This document shows, in pieces, positions 1 through 9,324 of a DNA stretch of 64,000 bases. Numbering within the stretch: the first letter of the stretch is position 1; each line of letters opens with the position of its first letter. Location of the stretch: contig CP129475.1 of NCBI GenBank assembly GCA_030583785.1, positions 287,559 to 351,558 of the forward strand, written 5' to 3'. The position numbers and the translations under genes are program-made. The notes under the pieces are model-generated. The model was not told the DNA's origin and ran no database searches. It saw only the letters and a list, made by a program, of their open reading frames with translations. The DNA comes from Candidatus Dojkabacteria bacterium. Lineage in GTDB: Bacteria > Patescibacteriota > Dojkabacteria > B142 > OLB20.

Positions 1-380
1 TGCATCAAGTCGTATGCTCGTAACAAACCATAAAGCCCGGACACTATTCGCACCGAACTTTGCAGATGTTGTCTTTGCTTTTCGCTATATTCTTTTGGTG
101 ATAATTTTTGGTAAACATCGCCCGCATATAGAAGAACAGCCGGCACACTATTTTGCTGATTATGATCCAGTTCCCAGTCAATAAATCTTTCGTAATTTAG
201 TTCAGCAATTTTCGGGCTGACTGACATAACCTTCGCCAAGTCAGTAACTCCAAGCTTGCGGATTGCTTTGACCAGTTCAAAGGCCTGTTTAAGAAACATG
301 GGTTGTGTTGACCCACCATCAGGCAGATAGGAGCTAATTTCAGTATATGAGACATCGTTGAGCCGTTTGGCAGGAGTCAT
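1..380 (-). CDS. yaaA: YaaA-family (DUF328/UPF0246) peroxide-stress protein; 3' end runs off the window
   Basis: Reverse-complement translation from the ATG at 380..378 gives MTPAKRLNDVSYTEI...AGDVYQKLSPKEYSEKQRQHLQSSVRIVSGLYGLLRAYDLM. This aligns closely with E. coli YaaA (…FKGDVYTGL…QHLRMLSGLYGVLRPLDLM). Not in the supplied ORF track because it is truncated by the window edge. Confidence 0.75.
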   Translation of the reverse strand, partial: MTPAKRLNDVSYTEISSYLPDGGSTQPMFLKQAFELVKAIRKLGVTDLAKVMSVSPKIAELNYERFIDWELDHNQQNSVPAVLLYAGDVYQKLSPKEYSEKQRQHLQSSVRIVSGLYGLLRAYDLM

Positions 381-500
381 AATGATTAGCATGAGTTTGA
401 GCAATAAAGTAATTGAGACAATTACATCATAGCAGGGAAACAGAATTGGAATACAATACTTCATCCAATTCTGCTAGAATAGCATTGCATTAACGCAACA

Positions 501-2276
501 ATGAAGAACATCGCTAGAATCATAAAACTTGCAAGACCGCTGTACAGACTCACATTTATTTTAAGTGTGCTTATTGTGATTGGTGCATTAATGCAACTTG
601 TTGCACCTGTTCTTTCAAAATTCATAGTTGACGAAATTGTCGTTCAAATCCAAACTGGCGAAGGTAGACTACAAACTCTATACATTCTTATTGCAGCGAG
701 TTTTACAATTTCCTTGATCTCAACTGCAATAACATCAATTACCAATAGGCTAGGCGACCACTTTGCCGGCCGTCTGCAAAAATTCTTAACAGAAACTTTT
801 TATGCCAAAATCTTGGCGCTTCCACAAAGCTATTTTGATTCAGAACTATCCGGAAGAATCATTAATCAGCTGAGCAGAGGTATACTTACAATAAAAGGAT
901 TTGCAAATACATCAACCAATTTTATTCTGCCGACACTCCTACAAAGTGTCTTAACAGTAGGTATTTTGGCATACTTTAGTCCTCCGATTGCCTTCTTTGT
1001 GTTTCTATTGTTTCCCATCTACCTGTATATAAGTAATATCTCCGCACGCAAATGGGGCAAAGAAGAAGTTAAGAAAAATAAATTAGAAGACCTTGGCAGG
1101 GGCCGAATACAAGAAGTAATCAGCAATATGAAGCTTGTTAAGTCTGCAAATATGCAACTCAACGAGTACAAATACATCCAAGATAACCAAGGAAGCATTA
1201 ATCAGATTTATGCCAAGCAAAGCGGAACATTTCACCGATATGACTTTGTCCGCAACCTAAGCTTAATAATTATCGTCCTGATTGTAAATCTGCTTGTGTT
1301 TAACGATGCATTCAATTCTGTTTTGTCTGTGGGAGATATGGTGTTAATCATTCAGCTTGTGATTAATGCGCAAATGCCATTATTTGCAATGTCGTTTATT
1401 CTGACACAGTTACAAACCGCAGAAAGTGGATCCAAAGAATTCTTTGAAATACTTTCTCTAAAAGAAAGCGAAAGCTTCATCAACAAAGACGACAAGTTTG
1501 TAAAGATAGATAGACCAAGCATTGAGTTTAAAAATGTTTCTTTCACTTACGATCAATCAGATATTGAAACGCTTCATGATGTTAACTTTGCAATTAAACC
1601 CGGTGAAAAAGTTGCTCTAGTCGGTCATAGTGGCGCCGGAAAATCAACAGTAATTAATCTGTTATTAAGATTCTACGAACCTTCCAAGGGTAAGATTCTT
1701 ATCAATAATACCGACTATACTAGCTTTTCTGTGCAAGATATCAGAAACAACATATCACTCGTCTTTCAGGAAAATGAGCTGTTCTCATCTACAGTAAGAC
1801 ACAATGTCATGTATGGTCACCCAAATGCCACAGAAGAAGAAGTAATATCTGCTCTCAAAAAAGCTAATGCCTATGAGTTCGTTCAAAACCTTGCAGGCGG
1901 ATTAGATGCAGAAATTGGTGAGAAAGGAATTAAACTTTCCGGTGGCCAAAAGCAACGACTTCAGATTGCAAGAGCTATTCTGGCAGATTCGCCAATACTG
2001 ATTTTAGACGAAGCCACAAGCAGCCTTGATTCAAAATCTGAACAACTAGTTCAAGAAGCTATGGAACGGCTAATGCGCGAAAAACTAGTAATCATCATTG
2101 CCCACCGATTTTCAACAATACAAAATGTCGACAAAATAATTGTAATTGATAAAGGTAGGATTGCAGACAGTGGATCACCGCAGGATCTTGCAGATAAACA
2201 AGGTATTTACTCAGAGCTATTACAATATCAATTAGAAGGCAACAAAAAACTGCTCAAAAACTTTGAAATATTCTAA
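501..2276 (+). CDS. ABC transporter, fused permease/ATP-binding (type I exporter, MsbA/LmrA-like half-transporter)
   Basis: N-terminal 6-TM region. Walker A GHSGAGKST, ABC signature LSGGQKQR, Walker B ILILDEATS, H-loop IIAHR. Confidence 0.85.
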   Translation: MKNIARIIKLARPLYRLTFILSVLIVIGALMQLVAPVLSKFIVDEIVVQIQTGEGRLQTLYILIAASFTISLISTAITSITNRLGDHFAGRLQKFLTETFYAKILALPQSYFDSELSGRIINQLSRGILTIKGFANTSTNFILPTLLQSVLTVGILAYFSPPIAFFVFLLFPIYLYISNISARKWGKEEVKKNKLEDLGRGRIQEVISNMKLVKSANMQLNEYKYIQDNQGSINQIYAKQSGTFHRYDFVRNLSLIIIVLIVNLLVFNDAFNSVLSVGDMVLIIQLVINAQMPLFAMSFILTQLQTAESGSKEFFEILSLKESESFINKDDKFVKIDRPSIEFKNVSFTYDQSDIETLHDVNFAIKPGEKVALVGHSGAGKSTVINLLLRFYEPSKGKILINNTDYTSFSVQDIRNNISLVFQENELFSSTVRHNVMYGHPNATEEEVISALKKANAYEFVQNLAGGLDAEIGEKGIKLSGGQKQRLQIARAILADSPILILDEATSSLDSKSEQLVQEAMERLMREKLVIIIAHRFSTIQNVDKIIVIDKGRIADSGSPQDLADKQGIYSELLQYQLEGNKKLLKNFEIF

Positions 2277-3633
2277 AGATAATCTTAAATCAAAGATTGC
2301 GTACTTTATCAAGAATTACTGGTTACTATCGACCAGAGCAGTCGATAAGCCTATTGCAAGATTTGCCGACTTCTTTAGATTAGTGATAATTCCTTCGTTT
2401 GCTTTTCTAATCCTATCTGCTGTTCTTGGAATTACGGTTGGTGCAATAATCAACAGTTACTCATCGATCATTCGTTTTGCGGGCACTGTTTATTCCCAAG
2501 AAGGACAAAATGAGACGGACTTTATTAGCGGTAAAGAATATACGATTGGCGAGACTGGGGTACTTCAAATCAAGGATAAGCGATTTAACCTGATTATTTC
2601 TCTTCCTGCTGAATTTCAAATTTCGGAAGAAGCGGTATCAATCAACTCAGAATATGTAATCTTAGATTCCAAATCAGATTTTACATTTCGATTTAGTGAC
2701 AGAACTCTAAACATAAACAAAGGGGCGCTTGTATTTTACCTGCAAAAAGATAGTGAATTTCATGTCCTTAGCGGAAAATTGCAAATCTCGACAGATGCCG
2801 GAATCGAGCCGGGGAAGTACTTAGCATTCAATGATTTAGAAGAGAGTTCAAAAAACACGGATAGAGCAGTTTTTCAAAGTATTAGCAAAGAATTCTATGA
2901 TTTACTACTAGCAGAAAAACTGCTCCCGCTTGAATTGTCTGATTTAAAACCCCCAGTTATTGAACTCGTTAGTCCGTCTGGAAACAGCATCGATCAGCAG
3001 ACAATCACTGTTAGCATTAAGACTGAAACAGAGGCGATAGTTCTAATTAACGGCTCAAATGCTACTGCCAACGACGAAGGCTTATTTTCTAAAGAGATTC
3101 AGCTGAAAGAAGGGGAAAACGAGATCAAGGTAGAGGCTGTGGATACTTGGGGAAACAAAGCAGAGCTTATCAGAAACATTACCTATACAAAACTTGTCGT
3201 TACACCACAACCAAGCGCTAATACAGGAGACATAGATACCGAACCCAGAACCTTTCAAGCGCCGACTTGTAACCAATCAGACTTTAACGCCAAGCTACTG
3301 TGCTTGATTAACAACCATCGAAGTGCCAATGGCAAAAAGGCACTATCTTCCGACAGCAAACTAAATCAAACTGCACAAAGTCACTCACAATGGATGAACT
3401 CGACTGGGAATCTTTCCCATACTGGCGAAAACGGCTCGACACCTGTTGAAAGATGTCAGCAGAACGGAACTAGTTGTAATGCAGAGAATATTGCTTATAA
3501 CAGTGCAATTACAGCCGATAAAATATTTCAACAATGGAAGAACAGTCCGGGACATAATCAAAACATGCTTGGCAATTTCAGTTTTATCGGCATTGGTAGA
3601 AGCGGCGGATACGCTACAACCGTTTTTCGATAA
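2263..3633 (+). CDS. Membrane-anchored secreted protein with C-terminal CAP/SCP/PR-1-like domain
   Basis: N-terminal TM helix. C-terminal region has CAP-domain-like motifs (HRSANG...QSHSQWM...HTGENG...NIAYN...WKNSPGHNQNML). Overlaps the upstream ABC exporter stop by 14 nt. Confidence 0.5.
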   Translation: MKYSKDNLKSKIAYFIKNYWLLSTRAVDKPIARFADFFRLVIIPSFAFLILSAVLGITVGAIINSYSSIIRFAGTVYSQEGQNETDFISGKEYTIGETGVLQIKDKRFNLIISLPAEFQISEEAVSINSEYVILDSKSDFTFRFSDRTLNINKGALVFYLQKDSEFHVLSGKLQISTDAGIEPGKYLAFNDLEESSKNTDRAVFQSISKEFYDLLLAEKLLPLELSDLKPPVIELVSPSGNSIDQQTITVSIKTETEAIVLINGSNATANDEGLFSKEIQLKEGENEIKVEAVDTWGNKAELIRNITYTKLVVTPQPSANTGDIDTEPRTFQAPTCNQSDFNAKLLCLINNHRSANGKKALSSDSKLNQTAQSHSQWMNSTGNLSHTGENGSTPVERCQQNGTSCNAENIAYNSAITADKIFQQWKNSPGHNQNMLGNFSFIGIGRSGGYATTVFR

Positions 3634-3675
3634 TCTTTGACTAAATGGTAATTTTAAATTAAATTAGATATAAAC

Positions 3676-4584
3676 ATGCCCATCAAAATTTCTTTAAAAT
3701 TTGTAGTCTCTGTTCTGGTCTTACTAGCCATTTTCGGATCGGGATATTATCTGATAACGAACAGATCAACTTCAGAGTCGCTACCTGAACAATCGATATC
3801 TAAAGCAGAAGTTCGAGATATTCAAGCGCTGGTAGAAGTCGACAGCAACATCGCCGCCGCAAGAGAATACGAGCTTTTCATTCCCAATAACGCCAAAATC
3901 ACAAAAGTAAATAAACAAATTAATGATACTGTGCTTGAAGGCGACATTATTCTTGAATATGAAATGACTTCGATTACTAACGCGAAAACAACTACAAAAG
4001 TTGAAGCACCCTTTGCAAGCAAGATCGTCAAATTTGAAGCAAAAGAAAATGAAATCTGGCTTAGTTCCTTAACTCCTGCTTTCAAACTTGTTGAAGAGAA
4101 CAAATATATAATTAAAGCCACAATCAACGAGATCGACATTCTTCAAATAAAACCAGAACAAAATGTAGATATCGTCTTTCCTGCAATTTCAAGAAACGAG
4201 GTATTTAAAGGCAAAGTTGTAAATGTAGGCTCTTATCCAGAAGGAACAACTGGTGTCATTTCTTATCTAGTCGAAGTCGAACCGCTTGAAGTACCAGACA
4301 CTATTCTTATCGGAATGTCTGCTGAACTATCAATCATCACAGATAGCAAAGAAAATGTTCTTTCCATACTAGAGAATAATCTTATCGAAAAAGGAGATAG
4401 TTATTTCGTAAAGAAAATTAATTATCAAAACACTGACAAAACCGAATTCGAGATAGTCGAACAAGAAGTGACAATTGGACTGAGAACAAATCGCTTTGTA
4501 GAAGTTTTATCAGGACTTAAAGAAAATGACGAAATAGTCTCTCCCAATTTTACAACTACACGATCATTCTCTTTCTTTAACTAA
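3676..4584 (+). CDS. HlyD/MacA-family periplasmic adaptor (membrane fusion protein)
   Basis: Single N-terminal TM, then a beta-rich lipoyl-like and barrel region. Lies immediately upstream of the MacB-like ATPase and FtsX-like permease. Confidence 0.55.
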   Translation: MPIKISLKFVVSVLVLLAIFGSGYYLITNRSTSESLPEQSISKAEVRDIQALVEVDSNIAAAREYELFIPNNAKITKVNKQINDTVLEGDIILEYEMTSITNAKTTTKVEAPFASKIVKFEAKENEIWLSSLTPAFKLVEENKYIIKATINEIDILQIKPEQNVDIVFPAISRNEVFKGKVVNVGSYPEGTTGVISYLVEVEPLEVPDTILIGMSAELSIITDSKENVLSILENNLIEKGDSYFVKKINYQNTDKTEFEIVEQEVTIGLRTNRFVEVLSGLKENDEIVSPNFTTTRSFSFFN

Positions 4585-5340
4585 ATGCCAAAAGCAATAC
4601 TGCTCTCGAAAAAAGATAAGAATAAGAATTCTACATCACCCTTGCAGCAGATAAGTGTAGATGACGACTCTGCAGAACTAATCAAGTTAATCAACATCAC
4701 TAAAACTTATAACCTTGGAAAACCTAATGCCTTTGCCGCACTTAAAGGCATTACACTCGAAATAAGCAAAGGTACATTCACAGCTATTATGGGACCTTCA
4801 GGATCAGGAAAAAGCAGCCTTATGAACATTCTTGGAGCACTTGATGTTCCGACTTCTGGTACGTATTTAGTCAACGGAAAAGAGGTCAATTCACTTAGCG
4901 ATTCTCAACTGGCAGATTTTCGAAATAAAACAGTAGGATTTATTTTCCAACAATACAATTTACTACCAAGACTTACTGTTGCAGAGAATGTCTTGCTACC
5001 GACTTTGTATGGATCAATAAGTAATCCTTTAGATAAGATGGAAGAGCTTCTTAGCAAAGTTGGACTTCAAGATAAAATAAATAACAAGCCGAACCAGCTT
5101 TCGGGAGGAGAAATGCAACGAGTTGCAATCGCCAGAGCCTTAATGATGAATCCAAGCATAATTATGGCAGACGAACCTACAGGAAATCTTGATACACGCA
5201 CATCAGTAGAAATAATGAATCTATTTAACGAAATTCACAAAGAGGGCAATACCATAATCTTAATTACCCATGAAGATGATATTGCAGCGCACGCAGAAAC
5301 CACAATAAATATTCGTGATGGATTGATTCTAAATGAATAA
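4585..5340 (+). CDS. ABC transporter ATP-binding protein (MacB/LolD-like)
   Basis: Walker [11 protein letters not shown]-loop, signature [15 protein letters not shown], Walker [13 protein letters not shown]. Confidence 0.85.
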   Translation: MPKAILLSKKDKNKNSTSPLQQISVDDDSAELIKLINITKTYNLGKPNAFAALKGITLEISKGTFTAIMGPSGSGKSSLMNILGALDVPTSGTYLVNGKEVNSLSDSQLADFRNKTVGFIFQQYNLLPRLTVAENVLLPTLYGSISNPLDKMEELLSKVGLQDKINNKPNQLSGGEMQRVAIARALMMNPSIIMADEPTGNLDTRTSVEIMNLFNEIHKEGNTIILITHEDDIAAHAETTINIRDGLILNE

Positions 5341-6553
5341 TATATTTTCTACAATAATAATCTCTTTAAGATCCTTGATGGCTAACAAAGCCAGATCATT
5401 GCTAACGATTCTGGGGATAATAATCGGAATTGCTGCTGTGATCTCATTGCTCTCAGTAGGACAGGGAGCCCAACAGGCAATATTAGAAGAGATTCAAAGT
5501 ATTGGCTCAAACACGATTAATGTTATTCCGGTTAGTGGCGGAGTCAATTTTCAAAATCCCAATAGCTTTAGATCGGCAAGCCAGAGCAGACTAGATAGAA
5601 GACTTGCTGATTTATTTGCTGACGAAGTTAGATTCTCCACAATAACAGCAGTTGCCACCGAAAACAGTCGGGTATTTCCTATAAGCTATCGCTCAAACAC
5701 AAAATCACTGAATGTAAATGGAGTTAATAGCGACTATTTTCAGGTTAGACAGCTAATAGTCTCTAAAGGAAGGATTTTCAATGAAGACGATGATCGCTCG
5801 TATCGAAAAGTTGCAGTTCTTGGCAACGAAGCTGCGATAAACCTATTTGGTGAGAGTGATGCCGTCTCCAACAAAATTCTCATTGAGGGTCAATTCTACG
5901 ATGTAATTGGTGTATTAGAAGCAAAGAATCCTCAACTCGACAGCGATGTATTTATTCCTTCTCAAACCGCTTCTTCATTTTTAATTGGAAGTGCTGATTA
6001 TTCAAGAATGGTTATTCAAATAGATAAAGAAAGTAATGTTTCTGCTTCAGCCTTGCAAATTGAAGGCGAACTTCGCAAGTTTTATAAGACTAGTGGCTCC
6101 GAAGAAGACCCATTTTTTGTCATAACTTCGCAAGACATTCAAGACCTGACATCTTCAATTACAAATATATTTACAAGTTTACTTGCCAGCATTGCAGCAA
6201 TCTCATTAATTGTCGGAGGGATAGGAATCATGAACATAATGCTTGTTACTGTCAGCGAGCGAACAAGAGAGATAGGACTTCGTAAAGCACTTGGTGCCAA
6301 GAGATCGGCCATTCTCAGTCAATTTCTGATTGAAGCTGTCATTCTTACTTTTATAGGGGGAGTTATTGGAATAATACTTGGAATTGGTTTAGGTTTCATT
6401 CTTGCAAGCTTAAGCGGGATCTCACTTTTGGTAACTGCCGATGCCATAATACTTGCAGCATCAGTTTCAGTTATCATCGGGATCATATTTGGATATTATC
6501 CGGCACAACGGGCATCTAAGCTCAATCCAATTGATGCGCTTCGAAGCGAATAG
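5333..6553 (+). CDS. ABC transporter permease, FtsX/MacB-type (4 TM with large extracytoplasmic loop)
   Basis: N-terminal TM, about 230-aa extracytoplasmic domain, three C-terminal TMs. FtsX-like motif region (ERTREIGLRKALGA). 8-nt overlap with the upstream ATPase. Confidence 0.8.
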   Translation: MNNIFSTIIISLRSLMANKARSLLTILGIIIGIAAVISLLSVGQGAQQAILEEIQSIGSNTINVIPVSGGVNFQNPNSFRSASQSRLDRRLADLFADEVRFSTITAVATENSRVFPISYRSNTKSLNVNGVNSDYFQVRQLIVSKGRIFNEDDDRSYRKVAVLGNEAAINLFGESDAVSNKILIEGQFYDVIGVLEAKNPQLDSDVFIPSQTASSFLIGSADYSRMVIQIDKESNVSASALQIEGELRKFYKTSGSEEDPFFVITSQDIQDLTSSITNIFTSLLASIAAISLIVGGIGIMNIMLVTVSERTREIGLRKALGAKRSAILSQFLIEAVILTFIGGVIGIILGIGLGFILASLSGISLLVTADAIILAASVSVIIGIIFGYYPAQRASKLNPIDALRSE

Positions 6554-6554
6554 C

Positions 6555-7040
6555 TTAATTGAAATCTATCCTGTACTTTGTTGCCTCTCGGTAATATCCA
6601 TTAAATTCCAAAGCAATATCAGAAGTGTCTGAATCGATTGGAAGCCAAAAGGCAATTACTCCCTGACAGGATTCGTTAATGTAAATCTCTTTAACAGGCA
6701 AATCTTCTATTAAGAGATTGTTTGGAAGATACTCTGCTTGAGTAAAGTCGGATTCACCGATACCTATTGTGAAGAACGAAGAAGAACAGGGGAAGTAATT
6801 ATTAGAAAGATTAACAATCTCTAATTCAAATAGCACGAGTTGCAGATCGTCATCTGTATCTACTGCAGTTGCATAACGATTTACTTTAATAAGTGCAGAT
6901 AAATCCTGCAATCTAACCTCTGCTTCTGATCCTGAGGAATCTATCCATTCTGGAGTGAGCATTTCAATTTCTTTCTCGAATGAGCAGCCAGTCATTAACA
7001 AGAACAGAATGCCAGTTATTAGGAGTTTTAGTTTTAACAT
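6555..7040 (-). CDS. Predicted lipoprotein, unknown function
   Basis: Signal peptide with lipobox-like LLMTGC. No recognisable domain. Confidence 0.45.
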   Translation of the reverse strand: MLKLKLLITGILFLLMTGCSFEKEIEMLTPEWIDSSGSEAEVRLQDLSALIKVNRYATAVDTDDDLQLVLFELEIVNLSNNYFPCSSSFFTIGIGESDFTQAEYLPNNLLIEDLPVKEIYINESCQGVIAFWLPIDSDTSDIALEFNGYYREATKYRIDFN

Positions 7041-7049
7041 ACTGTATTT

Positions 7050-8180
7050 TTAAACTAGTAGCTTGCCGTCTTTGAGCACAACCTTATCATCTATATAGGC
7101 TGTGGAGCCTTTTAGTCTCATGTCTTTAACAATATCCCAATGGATTAGAGATTTATTGCCATTGACAGGAGCTCCGCCTCGTTTTTCAACATATGATCTT
7201 CCAAGTGCCATATGAATTGTTCCGCCAATCTTTTCATCAAAAAGAGTATCTTTTAGAGCTTTAGTGATATTGTAATTGGCGCCAAAAGCAAATTCTCCTA
7301 CAAATCTAGAACCGGCGTCTGTAGCAAGGATATCATCTAAATGCTTTTGACCTTTATCTGCTTGTGCCTTAATAACTTTTCCTTTGCTAAACTCAAGATA
7401 GATCCCCTGCATTTCTTTACCTGAATAAATTGTCGGCATGTCAAAATAAATCGGGCCTTCAAGGGTGTTTTTATTGGGAGCCAAGAAGACTTCACCGTCG
7501 GGAATGTTTCTTTGGCCATTGCATAACTTTGCTAGTCGCCCTTCGATGCCAATTGTTAAATCAGTATTCTTTCCGACAAGTTTAACTATTGAGCCTTTAT
7601 CCATTAGCTTTTCGAGTTTTTTAAGCTGAACACCCATAGCCTTATAGTCAACAATACATGCCTGGTAAAAAAATTCTTTCAACCAATCAAAGCTAACTCC
7701 GGCATGTTTTGCCATATCTTCTGTCGGATAACTAGTTAAGATCCAACGATCAGAATCAATTATCTTGTCGAAAATTGGTCTGATTTGATTCATTCTTTTT
7801 GTTATTCGTTGTTGTGCAACATCTGCAAATTCGGTCTTGTTGAAATTGGAAGTTATTCTTACATAAGCGTCGGCCCAATTTGCAAGCGAATCAATAACAT
7901 CTAAAGGTATATGAGCGGCTTGCTTATCTGATCCTTGCGTTAACAGCGAGTGGTTAAGCCCAGAGTAGGAAGCTCGATTAATATAGAAATTTGTAATGCT
8001 TTCGATTAATGGATTGGCACCTCTTTTAATAGCCTCTAAGTAGACAGCCTGAATGAGCGTGTTTGAGATGTGTTCTGAAACCGAAATAAGGACATTTTCA
8101 CCTGCCTTAAGACGCAAGGAATGGTCTAAAAAGATTTGGGCAAGTTCGAAGTCCTCTTTACTAGGAGTATTATTATGCAT
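7050..8180 (-). CDS. Aminopeptidase, M29 (AmpS/PepS/aminopeptidase T) family
   Basis: Length and N-terminal pattern (FELAQIFLDHSLRLKAGENVLIS...AVYLEAIKRGANP) match thermophilic-metalloprotease M29 aminopeptidases. Confidence 0.6.
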   Translation of the reverse strand: MHNNTPSKEDFELAQIFLDHSLRLKAGENVLISVSEHISNTLIQAVYLEAIKRGANPLIESITNFYINRASYSGLNHSLLTQGSDKQAAHIPLDVIDSLANWADAYVRITSNFNKTEFADVAQQRITKRMNQIRPIFDKIIDSDRWILTSYPTEDMAKHAGVSFDWLKEFFYQACIVDYKAMGVQLKKLEKLMDKGSIVKLVGKNTDLTIGIEGRLAKLCNGQRNIPDGEVFLAPNKNTLEGPIYFDMPTIYSGKEMQGIYLEFSKGKVIKAQADKGQKHLDDILATDAGSRFVGEFAFGANYNITKALKDTLFDEKIGGTIHMALGRSYVEKRGGAPVNGNKSLIHWDIVKDMRLKGSTAYIDDKVVLKDGKLLV

Positions 8181-8227
8181 ATCTTTGTTTATATATTTGA
8201 ATAGTGTATCAGAATTTGCTAAGTAAC

Positions 8228-9262
8228 TCAGATACCAATCTTTCTAGCTGAGTTTTTCTTATTTTCTCGATCAGCAAGCTGACCGCAGGCAGCGTTAACA
8301 TCGTCACCCATAGTTACTCTCACTGTAGTGTGTATTCCTGCATCCGAAAGTAGATTCTTAAATCTGGCAATGTTTGAATTTGGAGAACGAAGATAATCTA
8401 CTTCGGCAATAGGGTTATAAGGTATTAGGTTAACATGTGCCAATCTTCTCTTAAGTAGTTTTATTAACTGAAGTGCATGTTCATGCTGGTCATTAATGTT
8501 TTTTATCAATACATACTCATAGCTAACCCTTTTATTAGTAATGGATACAAATTCATCTAGTGCTTCCATAAGCATTGGCAGTGGAAAAATTTTTGCAACC
8601 GGCATAAGTTTAGCGCGCAGTTCTTGATTTGGTGCGTGCAGACTGATTGCCAATCTACCTAAGTATCCACTTTGGATTAGCGTTTTTAATTGAGGAATAT
8701 AACCTGATGTTGAAACAGTAAGCCGTCTTTTGCCTAAGCCTAGTTTTCCTGGATCAGTTAGGATATTGATAGACTCCATAACATTACCGAGATTAAGTAA
8801 CGGTTCACCCATACCCATATAGACAACATTGGTAACTGTTTTTGCATCTTTTTTTAAAAAGCGTTGAAAATGCATGACCTGGTCAATAATCTCTCGTGAA
8901 GTAAGGTTGCCGCCAAAGCCCATTTTGCCAGTAGCGCAAAAGCTGCAATTAACAGGACAGCCAACCATACTACTTACACAAACTGTGTTTCTACCGTCTT
9001 GATGTTGCATAAGAACGGTTTCAATGCGTTGACCGTCTTCCCTTTTAAAAAGTACTTTTACGGTGTTGCCGTCTTTTGATGTTAGCTCTTTGTCGATTTT
9101 TAATACGGAAAATTTTTCTGATTTAGAGAGATTCTCTCTTAGTGCTGCAGGCCAATTTGTAATCTCGTCAAAAGAGTTTACCGCTGACTTATAGAACTGT
9201 TCGTTGAACTGTTTGAGTCTAAAAGCAGGCAATTTATTTGTACTTGCAAATTCATCTATCAT
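8228..9262 (-). CDS. rlmN: Radical-SAM 23S rRNA (adenine2503-C2)/tRNA methyltransferase RlmN
   Basis: CVSSMVGCPVNCSFCATG radical-SAM CxxxCxxC within an RlmN/Cfr-type context. Length 344 aa. Confidence 0.8.
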   Translation of the reverse strand: MIDEFASTNKLPAFRLKQFNEQFYKSAVNSFDEITNWPAALRENLSKSEKFSVLKIDKELTSKDGNTVKVLFKREDGQRIETVLMQHQDGRNTVCVSSMVGCPVNCSFCATGKMGFGGNLTSREIIDQVMHFQRFLKKDAKTVTNVVYMGMGEPLLNLGNVMESINILTDPGKLGLGKRRLTVSTSGYIPQLKTLIQSGYLGRLAISLHAPNQELRAKLMPVAKIFPLPMLMEALDEFVSITNKRVSYEYVLIKNINDQHEHALQLIKLLKRRLAHVNLIPYNPIAEVDYLRSPNSNIARFKNLLSDAGIHTTVRVTMGDDVNAACGQLADRENKKNSARKIGI

Positions 9263-9324
9263 AGTGTCATTATACCTTATAGATAGCTGTTTTCTTAGTT
9301 ACTATATCTTACTATCGAACCAGT

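Noticed and set aside
1352-1546. Short antisense ORFs embedded in larger genes. This example is the 64-aa ORF inside the ABC exporter gene. Many similar 60-130-aa ORFs in the track are opposite or overlapping confident genes (3082-3276, 4707-4889, 7337-7519, 18208-18561, 23042-24202 set, 29653-30581 set, 34143-34535, 38104-39874 set, 43872-44220, 46182-46508, 52831-53427, 61515-61814).
   Set aside because: They lie entirely within long ORFs with clear homology or strong coding architecture on the other strand or frame. They have no start context or domain signal and are typical shadow ORFs.
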